From Acidimicrobiales bacterium (lineage in GTDB: Bacteria; Actinomycetota; Acidimicrobiia; Acidimicrobiales; SHLQ01): 64,000 bases of DNA. The notes under the pieces were generated by a model. It was given only the letters and a program-made list of their open reading frames with translations, ran no database searches and was not told the DNA's origin. Shown here in pieces: positions 44,963-53,136 of the stretch. The position numbers and the translations under genes are program-made. The DNA is taken from positions 18,899-82,898 of the forward strand of contig JAHDCX010000015.1 in assembly GCA_020629635.1 (NCBI GenBank), in the 5' to 3' direction. Every line of letters begins with the position of its first letter. Position 1 is the first letter of the stretch.

Positions 44963-45961
44963 TCAGCTGGGACGGATCACCACACGGCGACGGGGATCCT
45001 CGCCTTCCGAACCGGTCTCCACGCCCTCGTAGTCCGTCAACGCATCGTGCACGATCTTGCGATCGGCGGCGCCCATGGGCTCGAGGACCTTCTCGGTGCC
45101 GCTGTCAACGACGTCGTCGGCGATCGAGCGGGCGAAGTTGGCGAGGGCCGCCGCACGGCGCTCCCGGTAGCCTGACACGTCGACACGCAGCCGGTCGGTC
45201 TTGGCGCCATCGGCATCACGCTGGACGACGGTTCGGGTCAACTCCTGCAGGGCGTTCAGCGTGTTGCCCTTCGGGCCGATCAACAAGCCGAGCTCCTCAC
45301 CCGTGACGTCGAGCTCGATCGCTTCGTCTTCGGCCAGTTCAGAACGCACCGACACGGCTCCAGACAGTTCGAACGCGCCGAGCACGCCTTCGAGGAAGCG
45401 CACCGCAGATGCTTCTTGATCTTCTCGGGGAAATACTGTGTCCACGACGGGTTCCTTCTTCTTTGTCGAGTTGTTCGAACCGCGGTTTGCGGTGTCGCCG
45501 GTCTTGGGGGCACTTCCGCCGTTGCCACCATTTCCGCCCTTACGGCGGCGGCCGCCAGCGTTGCCTCCACTCGCTGCGGCGGTCTTGCCCGAGTCCTCCG
45601 AGCTCTTCGGCGATCCACCATCGCCGGATCCGCCGTTCTTCTTCTGCTGGCCACCGGCGTTCTGCTTGCCCGAACCGTTGCGATTCCGGTTGCGGTTGCG
45701 ATTGCCACCGCCCGACTTGGAGCCACCACCGCCGGACTTTCCTCCCGAACGACGGCGACGGTCGTCCTTTTGCGCCGGCACCTTGGGCTTCACTCGTGCC
45801 CGCACACGTGCCTCGGTCTTCACGCGACCGAAGAGGCTCTTCTCGACGTCGTTGACGACCTCGAACTCCGCCTCATCAGCAACGATGCCGAGTTGGTCGA
45901 GTGCATGACTCTTCGCTTCGTCCAATGAACGACCTGATGTCGTGATCCAATCCATGCTCAT
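44963..45961 (-). CDS. jag: Jag/KhpB RNA-binding protein (Jag_N + KH + R3H) with expanded Gly/Asn/Arg/Lys linker
   Basis: Jag_N (SGRSLDEAKSHALDQLG), ~130-aa low-complexity linker (GGNRNRNRNRNGSGKQNAGGQQKKNGG...), KH (LLIGPKGNTLNALQ), R3H (RKIVHDAL). ATG 45961 overlaps the yidC stop (TGATG); alternative GTG 45964. Confidence 0.85.
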   Translation of the reverse strand: MSMDWITTSGRSLDEAKSHALDQLGIVADEAEFEVVNDVEKSLFGRVKTEARVRARVKPKVPAQKDDRRRRSGGKSGGGGSKSGGGNRNRNRNRNGSGKQNAGGQQKKNGGSGDGGSPKSSEDSGKTAAASGGNAGGRRRKGGNGGNGGSAPKTGDTANRGSNNSTKKKEPVVDTVFPREDQEASAVRFLEGVLGAFELSGAVSVRSELAEDEAIELDVTGEELGLLIGPKGNTLNALQELTRTVVQRDADGAKTDRLRVDVSGYRERRAAALANFARSIADDVVDSGTEKVLEPMGAADRKIVHDALTDYEGVETGSEGEDPRRRVVIRPS

Positions 45962-47076
45962 CACCTCTTCTTCTTTCGGCCCTTCGGCTGCACCTGAGCG
46001 CGTGCACTGCCGGAATGGCCACTGCTATTGCGACCCGGTGGCCGAGTGCGGCCTCCGGACGATTTCTTCGAGGCTCCGCTGGAGCCAGCGTTCTTCGACT
46101 TCTTGGCGCCAGCGCCATTGCTCGAGTTCTTGTTGCCGGAGTTCTTGGTGCCGGAGCTCTTGTTGCCGGAGCTCTTGTTGTTCGAACCCTTGTTCGACGA
46201 CTTCTTGTCGTTCTTGTTCGACGACTCGGATTCACGCGTCCGGCGAACCTGGGCTCCGAGCGAATCTTCACCGGTGTACATCGACCGGGTGATGTACCAC
46301 TGCTGCGCGATGCGGTAGAGGTTCGAGATCAAGAAGTAGATCACGATCGCTGCCGGCAGCGTGAAGGAGAAGATCGGCAGGAACCATGGCATCAGCTTCA
46401 TGATCATTTCCTGCGTCGGATTGGCGATCGCTCCGGTCTGGCGGGCACGAATCATCCGATGCTGCAAGAAGCCGGTTGCGCCAACGACGAGCACGAGGAT
46501 CAGGTAGGGGAGTGCGTCGGTGATCCCATCGCCCAGGACCTGACTGGCAGAACGAGCGAGGTCGAACCCGACCGAGCGCATCTCGTTGCTCGACGCGAGG
46601 TCGGCGAACATCGCCGAGTCCTCGCTCAGGTACGCCGGATTGAAGTTGAGGTCGGTGTCGGTGACCGACACCGCGTCGAGGGCGTTCTCGGCCGCGAGCG
46701 AGCCGACCACATCGCCGGTCTGCGTGCCGACGGTCGTCGATCGACGGGTCAGGCCCAGGATCACCCGGTACAGGACCAGAAACACCGGAATCTGAAACAA
46801 CAGCGGGAGACAACCGCCGACGGGGTTGATGTTGTTCTCTTGGTAGAACGCCATCAACTCCTTGTTCATCTCCTCCCGCTCGTCCTTGTCGTACTTGTTC
46901 TGAATGGCCTTCAGCTCTGGCTGGAGAATCTGCATCTTCAGCATCGACTTGGTGCCCTGCAGGGTCAGCGGCGTCGAGATCACCAACACGACCAACGTGA
47001 GCAGGGCGATCGCGATGGCGTACGACCCGTTGAGGTCGTAGAAGAACGACAGCAAAGAGGCAATGAGATCGAACAT
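45961..47076 (-). CDS. yidC: Membrane protein insertase YidC with long basic Ser/Asn/Lys-rich C-terminal tail
   Basis: Start at ATG 47076 ([14 protein letters not shown]). LQPELKAIQNKY, NPVGGCLPLLFQIPVF. ~95-aa tail SSNKNDKKSSNKGSNNKSSGNKSSGTKNSGNKNS...KGRKKKR. Confidence 0.9.
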   Translation of the reverse strand: MFDLIASLLSFFYDLNGSYAIAIALLTLVVLVISTPLTLQGTKSMLKMQILQPELKAIQNKYDKDEREEMNKELMAFYQENNINPVGGCLPLLFQIPVFLVLYRVILGLTRRSTTVGTQTGDVVGSLAAENALDAVSVTDTDLNFNPAYLSEDSAMFADLASSNEMRSVGFDLARSASQVLGDGITDALPYLILVLVVGATGFLQHRMIRARQTGAIANPTQEMIMKLMPWFLPIFSFTLPAAIVIYFLISNLYRIAQQWYITRSMYTGEDSLGAQVRRTRESESSNKNDKKSSNKGSNNKSSGNKSSGTKNSGNKNSSNGAGAKKSKNAGSSGASKKSSGGRTRPPGRNSSGHSGSARAQVQPKGRKKKR

Positions 47077-47297
47077 CAGTTCGCCTTTCGGACAGGAACG
47101 GGATCGAAGCCGTGTCCACCCCAGGGGTGACAGCGGCAAATACGACGAACGCCGAGCCAGGATCCCCGCAAGAATCCGTGCTCGGCGATGGCTTCGTCGG
47201 CGTAGGTGGAACACGTCGGTGAGTACCGACAGGTGGGCGGTCTCGTGGACGAGACCGCCTGATAGAGCGCGATGAAGCGTCGGGCGACGGCGCTCAT
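47076..47297 (-). CDS. yidD: Membrane protein insertion efficiency factor YidD
   Basis: [41 protein letters not shown]...[16 protein letters not shown] 47297 overlaps the rnpA stop (ATGA). Confidence 0.85.
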   Translation of the reverse strand: MSAVARRFIALYQAVSSTRPPTCRYSPTCSTYADEAIAEHGFLRGSWLGVRRICRCHPWGGHGFDPVPVRKAN

Positions 47298-47638
47298 GAC
47301 TCGAGTGCCTCGGCGTTCACCAGAAGAGTCCGCATTTGTTCGTAGAGCTCGGCGTAAGACCGCTCCGCCGCAGAAGGAAACACGATCACGAGCGCTGCAT
47401 CGATCGAGGTCGAGACCTCGGTGGACAACAGCTCGGTCATCGCAGCCTTCAGGCGGCGCCGAATCCGGTTTCGAGTGACGGCCACGCCGACCTTGCGAGA
47501 GATGGCCCACGCCACCCGAGGCGATGCCGAGACATCGTCGGAGCGAACGAAACGAAGGCGCAGATCACGACTTCGGACCTGGAGACCCTCACGGCGGAGG
47601 CGATCGAACGTCGCCCGATCCCGGATCCCCGGGATCAA
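47294..47638 (-). CDS. rnpA: Ribonuclease P protein component
   Basis: [26 protein letters not shown] (RNR motif). The only in-frame start is TTG 47638, which overlaps the rpmH stop. Confidence 0.82.
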   Translation of the reverse strand: MIPGIRDRATFDRLRREGLQVRSRDLRLRFVRSDDVSASPRVAWAISRKVGVAVTRNRIRRRLKAAMTELLSTEVSTSIDAALVIVFPSAAERSYAELYEQMRTLLVNAEALES

Positions 47639-47769
47639 GCAGCCAGCTTGTGACGGCCCTTGCGGCGGCGGTTCTTCAGGACCTCACGGCCCGCACGGGT
47701 CGACATCCGCGACCGAAAACCGTGCTTTTTCGCCCTTTTTCTGACGTTGGGCTGATACGTGCGCTTCAT
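47635..47769 (-). CDS. rpmH: 50S ribosomal protein L34
   Basis: [44 protein letters not shown]. These are the last 44 codons of the tracked 484-aa ORF; the rest is antisense to dnaA. Confidence 0.93.
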   Translation of the reverse strand: MKRTYQPNVRKRAKKHGFRSRMSTRAGREVLKNRRRKGRHKLAA

Positions 47770-47911
47770 GTTCGAGTCTCCAGAAACGGTGGGGGAGCGG
47801 GTGCAAACATCGGTGCAACGGCACCGGTGCAGTCGAAGTGGGACGCACTCACGCTCGCAGTTGAGAACAAACCAACGATCAACGCTACGAGCACCCCCCG
47901 ACGCGCGCAAC

Positions 47912-48006
47912 CATGTCCCGGCGCCCTCGGCGCCGGATACCCCCACAGCCCTGCCCTCTCCGGCGCACTCATGTCCCGTCGCCCTCGGCGCCGGATACCC
48001 CACAGC
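47912..48006. repeat. Two direct copies of a 37/38-bp element, each with an internal GC hairpin, in the rpmH-dnaA spacer
   Basis: Copy 1 (47912-47949): CATGTCCCGGCGCCCTCGGCGCCGGATACCCCCACAGC. Copy 2 (47970-48006): CATGTCCCGTCGCCCTCGGCGCCGGATACCCCACAGC. Internal hairpin CCGGCGCC-ctc-GGCGCCGG. Confidence 0.8.
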
Positions 48007-48123
48007 ACCACTTCCCGGCGCGCGGTTGGGGGTGGAACGGGCCGTTTGGCGGGTTTTCGAAAATCGCGTCGTGTCGATTTGGCGCGCGCCGAACAGCGCG
48101 CGCGAAGGTGATCGACCGGCGGA

Positions 48124-48155
48124 CTGTCCACATCTGTGGAACGAGCTGTGGAAAC
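48124..48155. promoter_or_regulatory. Three DnaA-box-like 9-mers immediately upstream of dnaA (candidate autoregulatory sites)
   Basis: CTGTCCACA (48124-48132), TGTGGAACG (48135-48143) and TGTGGAAAC (48147-48155). The first two form an inverted pair. Confidence 0.45.
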
Positions 48156-48156
48156 T

Positions 48157-49560
48157 ATGGGAGTAGGTCACGTGGAAAGCGCAGCGCAGCTGTGGGATTC
48201 GTGCTCCAGCCTCATCCGCGCCCAGGTGTCGGACGTCGTCTGGAACAGCACGTTCAGTCAGCTGCACGCGATCGATCTGACCAGCGATCACCTGACGATG
48301 ACGGTCCCGTCTCGCCTGATGAAGGAACGGATCGAAGCCCGATACCTCGGAATCGTCCGAGATGCCGTGCATGAGGTGCACCAGAACGGACAGATCGACA
48401 TCGTGTTCGAGGTCCGGGCCAGCGACCAGGCGTTGCTCGGTCTCGAGACAACCGTGCTCAACCTGACCAACGACACCCCCCGCATCGAAGTTGCGCTCCC
48501 CGAGCTGCCCGAGAACGACGACACCGTTCCCGAAATCGACACCGAAGACCGCTACACCTTCGAAGCCTTCGTGACCGGGACCGGCAACCGCTTCGCCCAT
48601 GCCGCGGCGCTCTCGGTCGCCGAAACGCCAGCCAAGTCCTACAACCCGCTCTTCATCTACGGCGATGCCGGTCTCGGCAAGACCCACCTTCTTCGGGCCA
48701 TCGCGCACTACGTGTCGACGCACTATCCGCACTTCACCGTGCGATACGTGTCGACCGAAACCTTCCTCAACGAGTTCGTCGACGCGATCCGCAAGAACAC
48801 GACGATCCAGTTCAAACGCCGATATCGAGAGATCGACGTGCTTCTCGTCGACGACATTCAGTTCGTCGAAGGCAAAGAGGGACTCCAAGAGGAGTTCTTC
48901 CACACCTTCAACACGCTCCATCAGGACAATCGACAGATCGTCCTCACCTCGGACCGGCCGCCCGACAGCATCCCCACACTCGAGGATCGGCTGCGGAGTC
49001 GATTCAAGATGGGGCTGATCACCGACATCCAGCCGCCCGACGTCGAGACTCGCCTCGCCATCCTTCACAAGAAGGCCGAGACCGGTCACCAGGTGATCCC
49101 CGACGACGTCCTGTTGTTCATCGCCGAACGGGTGACCGACAACATCCGAGAGCTCGAAGGCGCGCTCATTCGAGTCACCGCCTTCGCGAATCTCACCGGC
49201 GAGCAGCTCACGATCGACCTGTGTCAGCGAGTGCTCGGTGATCTACTCACCACGCAACAGCCCCGCCAGATCACCCCACAGATGATCCTGCACGAGACCA
49301 GCGAAATGTTCGGTTTCAGCATCGAGGAGATCATCGGCGCGAGCCGGCGTCGCCCACTCGTCACCGCACGACAGGTCGCCATGTACGTCTTCAGAGAGCT
49401 CACTGATCTGTCGTACCCCGCGATCGCCCGCGAGTTCGGTGGACGCGATCACACGACGGTCATTCACGCCGTCGACAAGATCGGCAACCTGATGTCGGAG
49501 CGACGTCAGATCTACGACCAGGTCACCCAGCTGACCTCACGGCTCAAAAGCACTCCATGA
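48157..49560 (+). CDS. dnaA: Chromosomal replication initiator protein DnaA
   Basis: AAA+ Walker [23 protein letters not shown], domain [40 protein letters not shown]. Start uncertain: ATG 48157, GTG 48172 (GGGAG 8 nt upstream) or the tracked GTG 48136. Confidence 0.93.
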   Translation: MGVGHVESAAQLWDSCSSLIRAQVSDVVWNSTFSQLHAIDLTSDHLTMTVPSRLMKERIEARYLGIVRDAVHEVHQNGQIDIVFEVRASDQALLGLETTVLNLTNDTPRIEVALPELPENDDTVPEIDTEDRYTFEAFVTGTGNRFAHAAALSVAETPAKSYNPLFIYGDAGLGKTHLLRAIAHYVSTHYPHFTVRYVSTETFLNEFVDAIRKNTTIQFKRRYREIDVLLVDDIQFVEGKEGLQEEFFHTFNTLHQDNRQIVLTSDRPPDSIPTLEDRLRSRFKMGLITDIQPPDVETRLAILHKKAETGHQVIPDDVLLFIAERVTDNIRELEGALIRVTAFANLTGEQLTIDLCQRVLGDLLTTQQPRQITPQMILHETSEMFGFSIEEIIGASRRRPLVTARQVAMYVFRELTDLSYPAIAREFGGRDHTTVIHAVDKIGNLMSERRQIYDQVTQLTSRLKSTP

Positions 49561-49867
49561 CGGTGAGATCCGGGCCACGGACCTCACCGCGCGTGTACAC
49601 AGCTGTGGATAAGTTGTGGACCAACCCCCGAGATCCCCGTGGGCGCGCTGTGGAAGTGATTGTGGACTCGACGCTGCGCGCTGAGGACAACGAACCCGTC
49701 ATCCACACACCCAACCGGCCGCCCGGCCGACCCTGTGCACGATGGTGGACAACGCGCGAACAACAAAATCCCGGAATTTCAGGCCGAGATCATGTTCATC
49801 CACAATCCACACGCCTACTTTCTCCTCTACCGAATTCATTTCCGATCACCAAAGAGATGTGGACACG
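49561..49867. other. oriC candidate (dnaA-dnaN spacer with DnaA-box cluster and AT-rich segments)
   Basis: Nine 9-mers matching TT(A/G)TCCACA or its complement at 7/9 to 9/9: 49604-12 TGTGGATAA, 49615-23 TGTGGACCA, 49649-57 TGTGGAAGT, 49661-69 TGTGGACTC, 49699-707 TCATCCACA, 49744-52 GGTGGACAA, 49796-804 TCATCCACA, 49803-11 CAATCCACA, 49858-66 TGTGGACAC. AT-rich stretches at about 49757-49790 and 49815-49856. Confidence 0.72.
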
Positions 49868-50962
49868 ATGAAATTCCGCTGCGAACGAGACGTACTGCTC
49901 GACGCCCTCAGCACTGCCGGACGCGCCGTTGGCGGTCGATCCGGCACGATCGCCTTGTCCGGTCTCCATCTCGCCCTCGAGGGCGACGTGCTCAAGGTCA
50001 CCGGGTCGGATCTGGATCTCACCATCACTCGGGAGATCACGGTTGGGGGTGACACCGATGGCGTTGCGCTCGTCCCAGCCAAGCTGATCGCCGACATCGT
50101 TCGTGCACTCGGCCCTGGAGCAGTCGACCTCGTCATCGATGGCGAAGAAGCCCAGATCACCGCGGGTCGCTCCGAATTCTCCATGCGCACGATCCCCGCC
50201 GACGACTACCCGCGGCTCGGTCCGCCCGAGGGCGATGCGGTGACCCTCAGTGCCGACGACCTCAACGAAGCGCTCAAGCAGGTCGTACGTGCCGCGTCGG
50301 GCGACGACTCTCGTCCGATTCTCACCGGTGTCTTGATGGCGGCCGAGGGCGAAGGGCTGCGGCTCGTGTCGACGGACTCCTATCGACTCGCCGTTCGTGA
50401 CCTTCCGGGAACGTCGGTGCTCTCGGGCGATCAGTCCGTGCTCGTCCCCTCGCGTGCGCTCGCCGAGCTCAGTCGGGTGCTCGGCGAGAACGAAACCGCC
50501 GAGCTGCGTCTTGGCGAGAAGGATGCGAGTTTCGAAGTCGGTGGCACGCGAGTGGTGACCCGCCTCATCGAGGGGGAGTTCCCGAACTACCGAGGTCTCA
50601 TTCCCGAGACGTATCCGAACGAACTGACGGTCAACCGCGCCGAGCTGCTCGACGCCGTCCGTCGAGTGCGCCTGATGGCCCAGGAAGCGACACCGATCCG
50701 GATCAACATGAGCGCCGAGAATGGCCTCGAGCTGGTGGCGGTCACCCAGGATGTCGGTCAGGCGCAGGAGGCACTCGACGCGAACTATTCGGGCGACGAG
50801 CTCACGGTGGCATTCAACCCGGACTATCTGATCGACGGCATCGACGTCACACCAGGCGAAGAAGTGCGGTTGCAGACCGTCGATCCGCTCAAGCCGGCGG
50901 TGCTCCGAAGCGGTGAGTCCAGCGACTTCCTGTACCTGTTGATGCCGGTGCGGGTCAGCTAG
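49868..50962 (+). CDS. dnaN: DNA polymerase III beta sliding clamp
   Basis: Start at ATG 49868 ([21 protein letters not shown]). Three-domain clamp length (364 aa). C-terminal LLMPVRV. The upstream tracked codons lie in the DnaA-box region. Confidence 0.93.
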   Translation: MKFRCERDVLLDALSTAGRAVGGRSGTIALSGLHLALEGDVLKVTGSDLDLTITREITVGGDTDGVALVPAKLIADIVRALGPGAVDLVIDGEEAQITAGRSEFSMRTIPADDYPRLGPPEGDAVTLSADDLNEALKQVVRAASGDDSRPILTGVLMAAEGEGLRLVSTDSYRLAVRDLPGTSVLSGDQSVLVPSRALAELSRVLGENETAELRLGEKDASFEVGGTRVVTRLIEGEFPNYRGLIPETYPNELTVNRAELLDAVRRVRLMAQEATPIRINMSAENGLELVAVTQDVGQAQEALDANYSGDELTVAFNPDYLIDGIDVTPGEEVRLQTVDPLKPAVLRSGESSDFLYLLMPVRVS

Positions 50963-51270
50963 TGGGCGACGTTCCGTCAAAGCTCGAGACCCGAGAGATC
51001 GAAGCGGCCCGACGGGTCCTCCACACCGACTGGCACTTCGAGTCCGACCGGCTCCGCCGAGAGCTTCGGTTCCGGTCCTTCGCTGAAGCGTTTGGTTTCA
51101 TGGCCGAAGTCGCCGTCCATGCACAGGCGATGAATCACCATCCCGAATGGTCCAACGTCTACAACGGCGTGGTCATCGAACTCACCACCCACGATGCGGG
51201 TGGCCTGTCGTCACTCGACGTCGAGCTCGCCGAACGCATCGATCGAGCCGCGGCCGGCCGATCGGACTGA
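50962..51270 (+). CDS. 4a-hydroxytetrahydrobiopterin (pterin-4-alpha-carbinolamine) dehydratase
   Basis: [39 protein letters not shown] (PCD signature). GTG 50962 overlaps the last base of the dnaN stop. Confidence 0.85.
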   Translation: MGDVPSKLETREIEAARRVLHTDWHFESDRLRRELRFRSFAEAFGFMAEVAVHAQAMNHHPEWSNVYNGVVIELTTHDAGGLSSLDVELAERIDRAAAGRSD

Positions 51271-51338
51271 ATCGATGACCGACCTCGATCGGGAGCGCCC
51301 GGGTTACCGAGACTGACCGACGCGCCTACGATCGGCGC

Positions 51339-52964
51339 ATGGTCGCTGCGCTCGATACCCATCACACCTTTGCCGCTCCCGACGGGCCTGTCCTGGTGGT
51401 GATCGCCGACGGCTTCGGTCACGCTCCTGATGCGGAGAGCAACGCGATCAGCCAGGCCGAGACTCCACATCTCGACGCATTGTTGAGCGATGCCACTACC
51501 TCACGGCTGCTCCTCGCTCACGGTCCAGCCGTCGGGCTGCCATCCGAGGGCGACATGGGCAACTCCGAGGTCGGGCACAACGCCCTGGGCGCGGGACGTG
51601 TTTTCGCCCAAGGGGCGAAACTGGTCAACCACGCGATTGCGGATCGGTCGATCTTTTCGTCTGCGGCGTGGACATCGGTGGTCGAGACGGCCGGCGACGC
51701 AACGTTGCATCTCGTTGGCCTGCACTCTGATGGAAACGTGCACTCCCACACCGATCATCTCTACGCATTGATCCGTGAGGCCGCCGCGAGCAGAGTTCCG
51801 CGAATTCGTCTCCACCTCCTTCTCGACGGACGAGACGTCCCTGCCCGTTCTGCGCTCGAGTATCTCGATGCGACCACTGCCGCGATTGCCGCGATCGGTC
51901 ACGACCACCCCGAGGCGGACATCGCTATTGCGTCGGGGGGCGGCCGGATGACGATCACGATGGATCGCTACGAAGCCGATTGGCCGATGGTCGAACGAGG
52001 ATGGAATGCACACGTCCGCGGGATCGGCCGGACCTTCGTGTCGGCGCGCAATGCCGTCGAGACGATGTACGGCGAGTCCGATGCGGGCGACCAGTACCTC
52101 GACGAGTTCGTCATTGTGGACGACGACGGTCCGATCGGTCCGATCGTCGATGGTGACGCCGTCGTGTTGTTCAACTTTCGTGGGGACCGGGCCATCGAGA
52201 TCAGCCAGGCGTTCGACGACGAGGACTTCATCGGCTTTGATCGCGGCCCGCGGCCGGACGTCTTCTACGCCGGCATGCTCCAATACGACGGCGACGCGTT
52301 GATCCCCGCCAACTACCTGGTCGAACCCCCGTCGATCGATCGCACCGTGTCGGAGTTCTTGTGTGCGAGCGACTTGTCGAGCTTCGCGGTCAGCGAGACC
52401 CAGAAGTTTGGTCACGTCACCTACTTCTGGAACGGAAACCGCAGTGGCAAGGTCGACGAGACGCTCGAGACGTACGTCGAGATCCCATCCGACAACGTCG
52501 AGTTCAACAAGACGCCGGCGATGAAGGTCCGCGAGATCACCGACGAAGTGATTGCGCTTTTGCGCGGTGGCGACAACGACTGGGGACGACTCAACTTTCC
52601 GAGTCCCGACATGGTGGGCCACACCGGCGACCTGAACGCGACGATCGAAGCGATTCGGGTGCTCGACGACTGCATGGGGGCGCTCATCGAAGTGATCGAC
52701 GAGCTCGGCGGGGTGCTCATCTTCACGGCAGATCACGGCAATGCCGACATCATGTTCACCGAGAAGGACGGCGTTCGGTCGCCCGTGACAAGTCACACGC
52801 TCAGTCCGGTGCCCTTCGCGGTGCACGACGCCCGCGGCGACCGCACCTGGCGGCTCGCGGACCTCGAATCCGCGGGTCTGAGCAACGTGGCCGCCACGTT
52901 GTGCAACCTGCTCGGACTCGCGGCCCCCGACGACTACGACCCGAGCCTGATCGAACCAGCCTGA
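51339..52964 (+). CDS. gpmI: 2,3-bisphosphoglycerate-independent phosphoglycerate mutase
   Basis: VIADGFG, MGNSEVGHNALGAGR, HLVGLHSDGNVHSH, ETQKFGHVTYFWNG, PDMVGHTG, TADHGNAD. Confidence 0.9.
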   Translation: MVAALDTHHTFAAPDGPVLVVIADGFGHAPDAESNAISQAETPHLDALLSDATTSRLLLAHGPAVGLPSEGDMGNSEVGHNALGAGRVFAQGAKLVNHAIADRSIFSSAAWTSVVETAGDATLHLVGLHSDGNVHSHTDHLYALIREAAASRVPRIRLHLLLDGRDVPARSALEYLDATTAAIAAIGHDHPEADIAIASGGGRMTITMDRYEADWPMVERGWNAHVRGIGRTFVSARNAVETMYGESDAGDQYLDEFVIVDDDGPIGPIVDGDAVVLFNFRGDRAIEISQAFDDEDFIGFDRGPRPDVFYAGMLQYDGDALIPANYLVEPPSIDRTVSEFLCASDLSSFAVSETQKFGHVTYFWNGNRSGKVDETLETYVEIPSDNVEFNKTPAMKVREITDEVIALLRGGDNDWGRLNFPSPDMVGHTGDLNATIEAIRVLDDCMGALIEVIDELGGVLIFTADHGNADIMFTEKDGVRSPVTSHTLSPVPFAVHDARGDRTWRLADLESAGLSNVAATLCNLLGLAAPDDYDPSLIEPA

Positions 52965-52989
52965 GCGGGAATAAACCTTCTTCTGCAAA

Positions 52990-53010
52990 GTTGAGTGGGT
53001 CTGACTGAAG
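52990..53010. promoter_or_regulatory. HAIR-like HspR operator upstream of dnaK
   Basis: GTTGAGT-gggtctg-ACTGAAG versus consensus CTTGAGT-N7-ACTCAAG (one mismatch in each arm). Confidence 0.55.
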
Positions 53011-53085
53011 GCTGCGTCTGCACGAGGTTCGTTCGGACGTATTCGGGCCACTCGGACCTCCGAGTGACCGAACGACGCTTCTACA

Positions 53086-53106
53086 CTTGAGCGCCGGTCA
53101 CGCAAC
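53086..53106. promoter_or_regulatory. Second, weaker HAIR-like element upstream of dnaK
   Basis: CTTGAGC-gccggtc-ACGCAAC. The left arm matches 6/7 and the right arm 5/7. Confidence 0.3.
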
Positions 53107-53136
53107 TTTCGCCCAACACAGGAGAAGTCCCCGCAC

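Noticed and set aside
47770-49089. Upstream 440 codons of the 484-aa ORF 47635-49089
   Set aside because: Only the last 44 codons (L34) are real. The rest crosses the intergenic spacer and runs antisense to dnaA.
53049-53066. CIRCE-like inverted repeat (CACTC-N8-GAGTG) before dnaK
   Set aside because: The flanks do not match TTAGCACTC/GAGTGCTAA, and the spacing is 8 rather than 9. The operon carries hspR and HAIR elements, and CIRCE/HrcA normally controls groE in this group. I kept it only as an unexplained hairpin.
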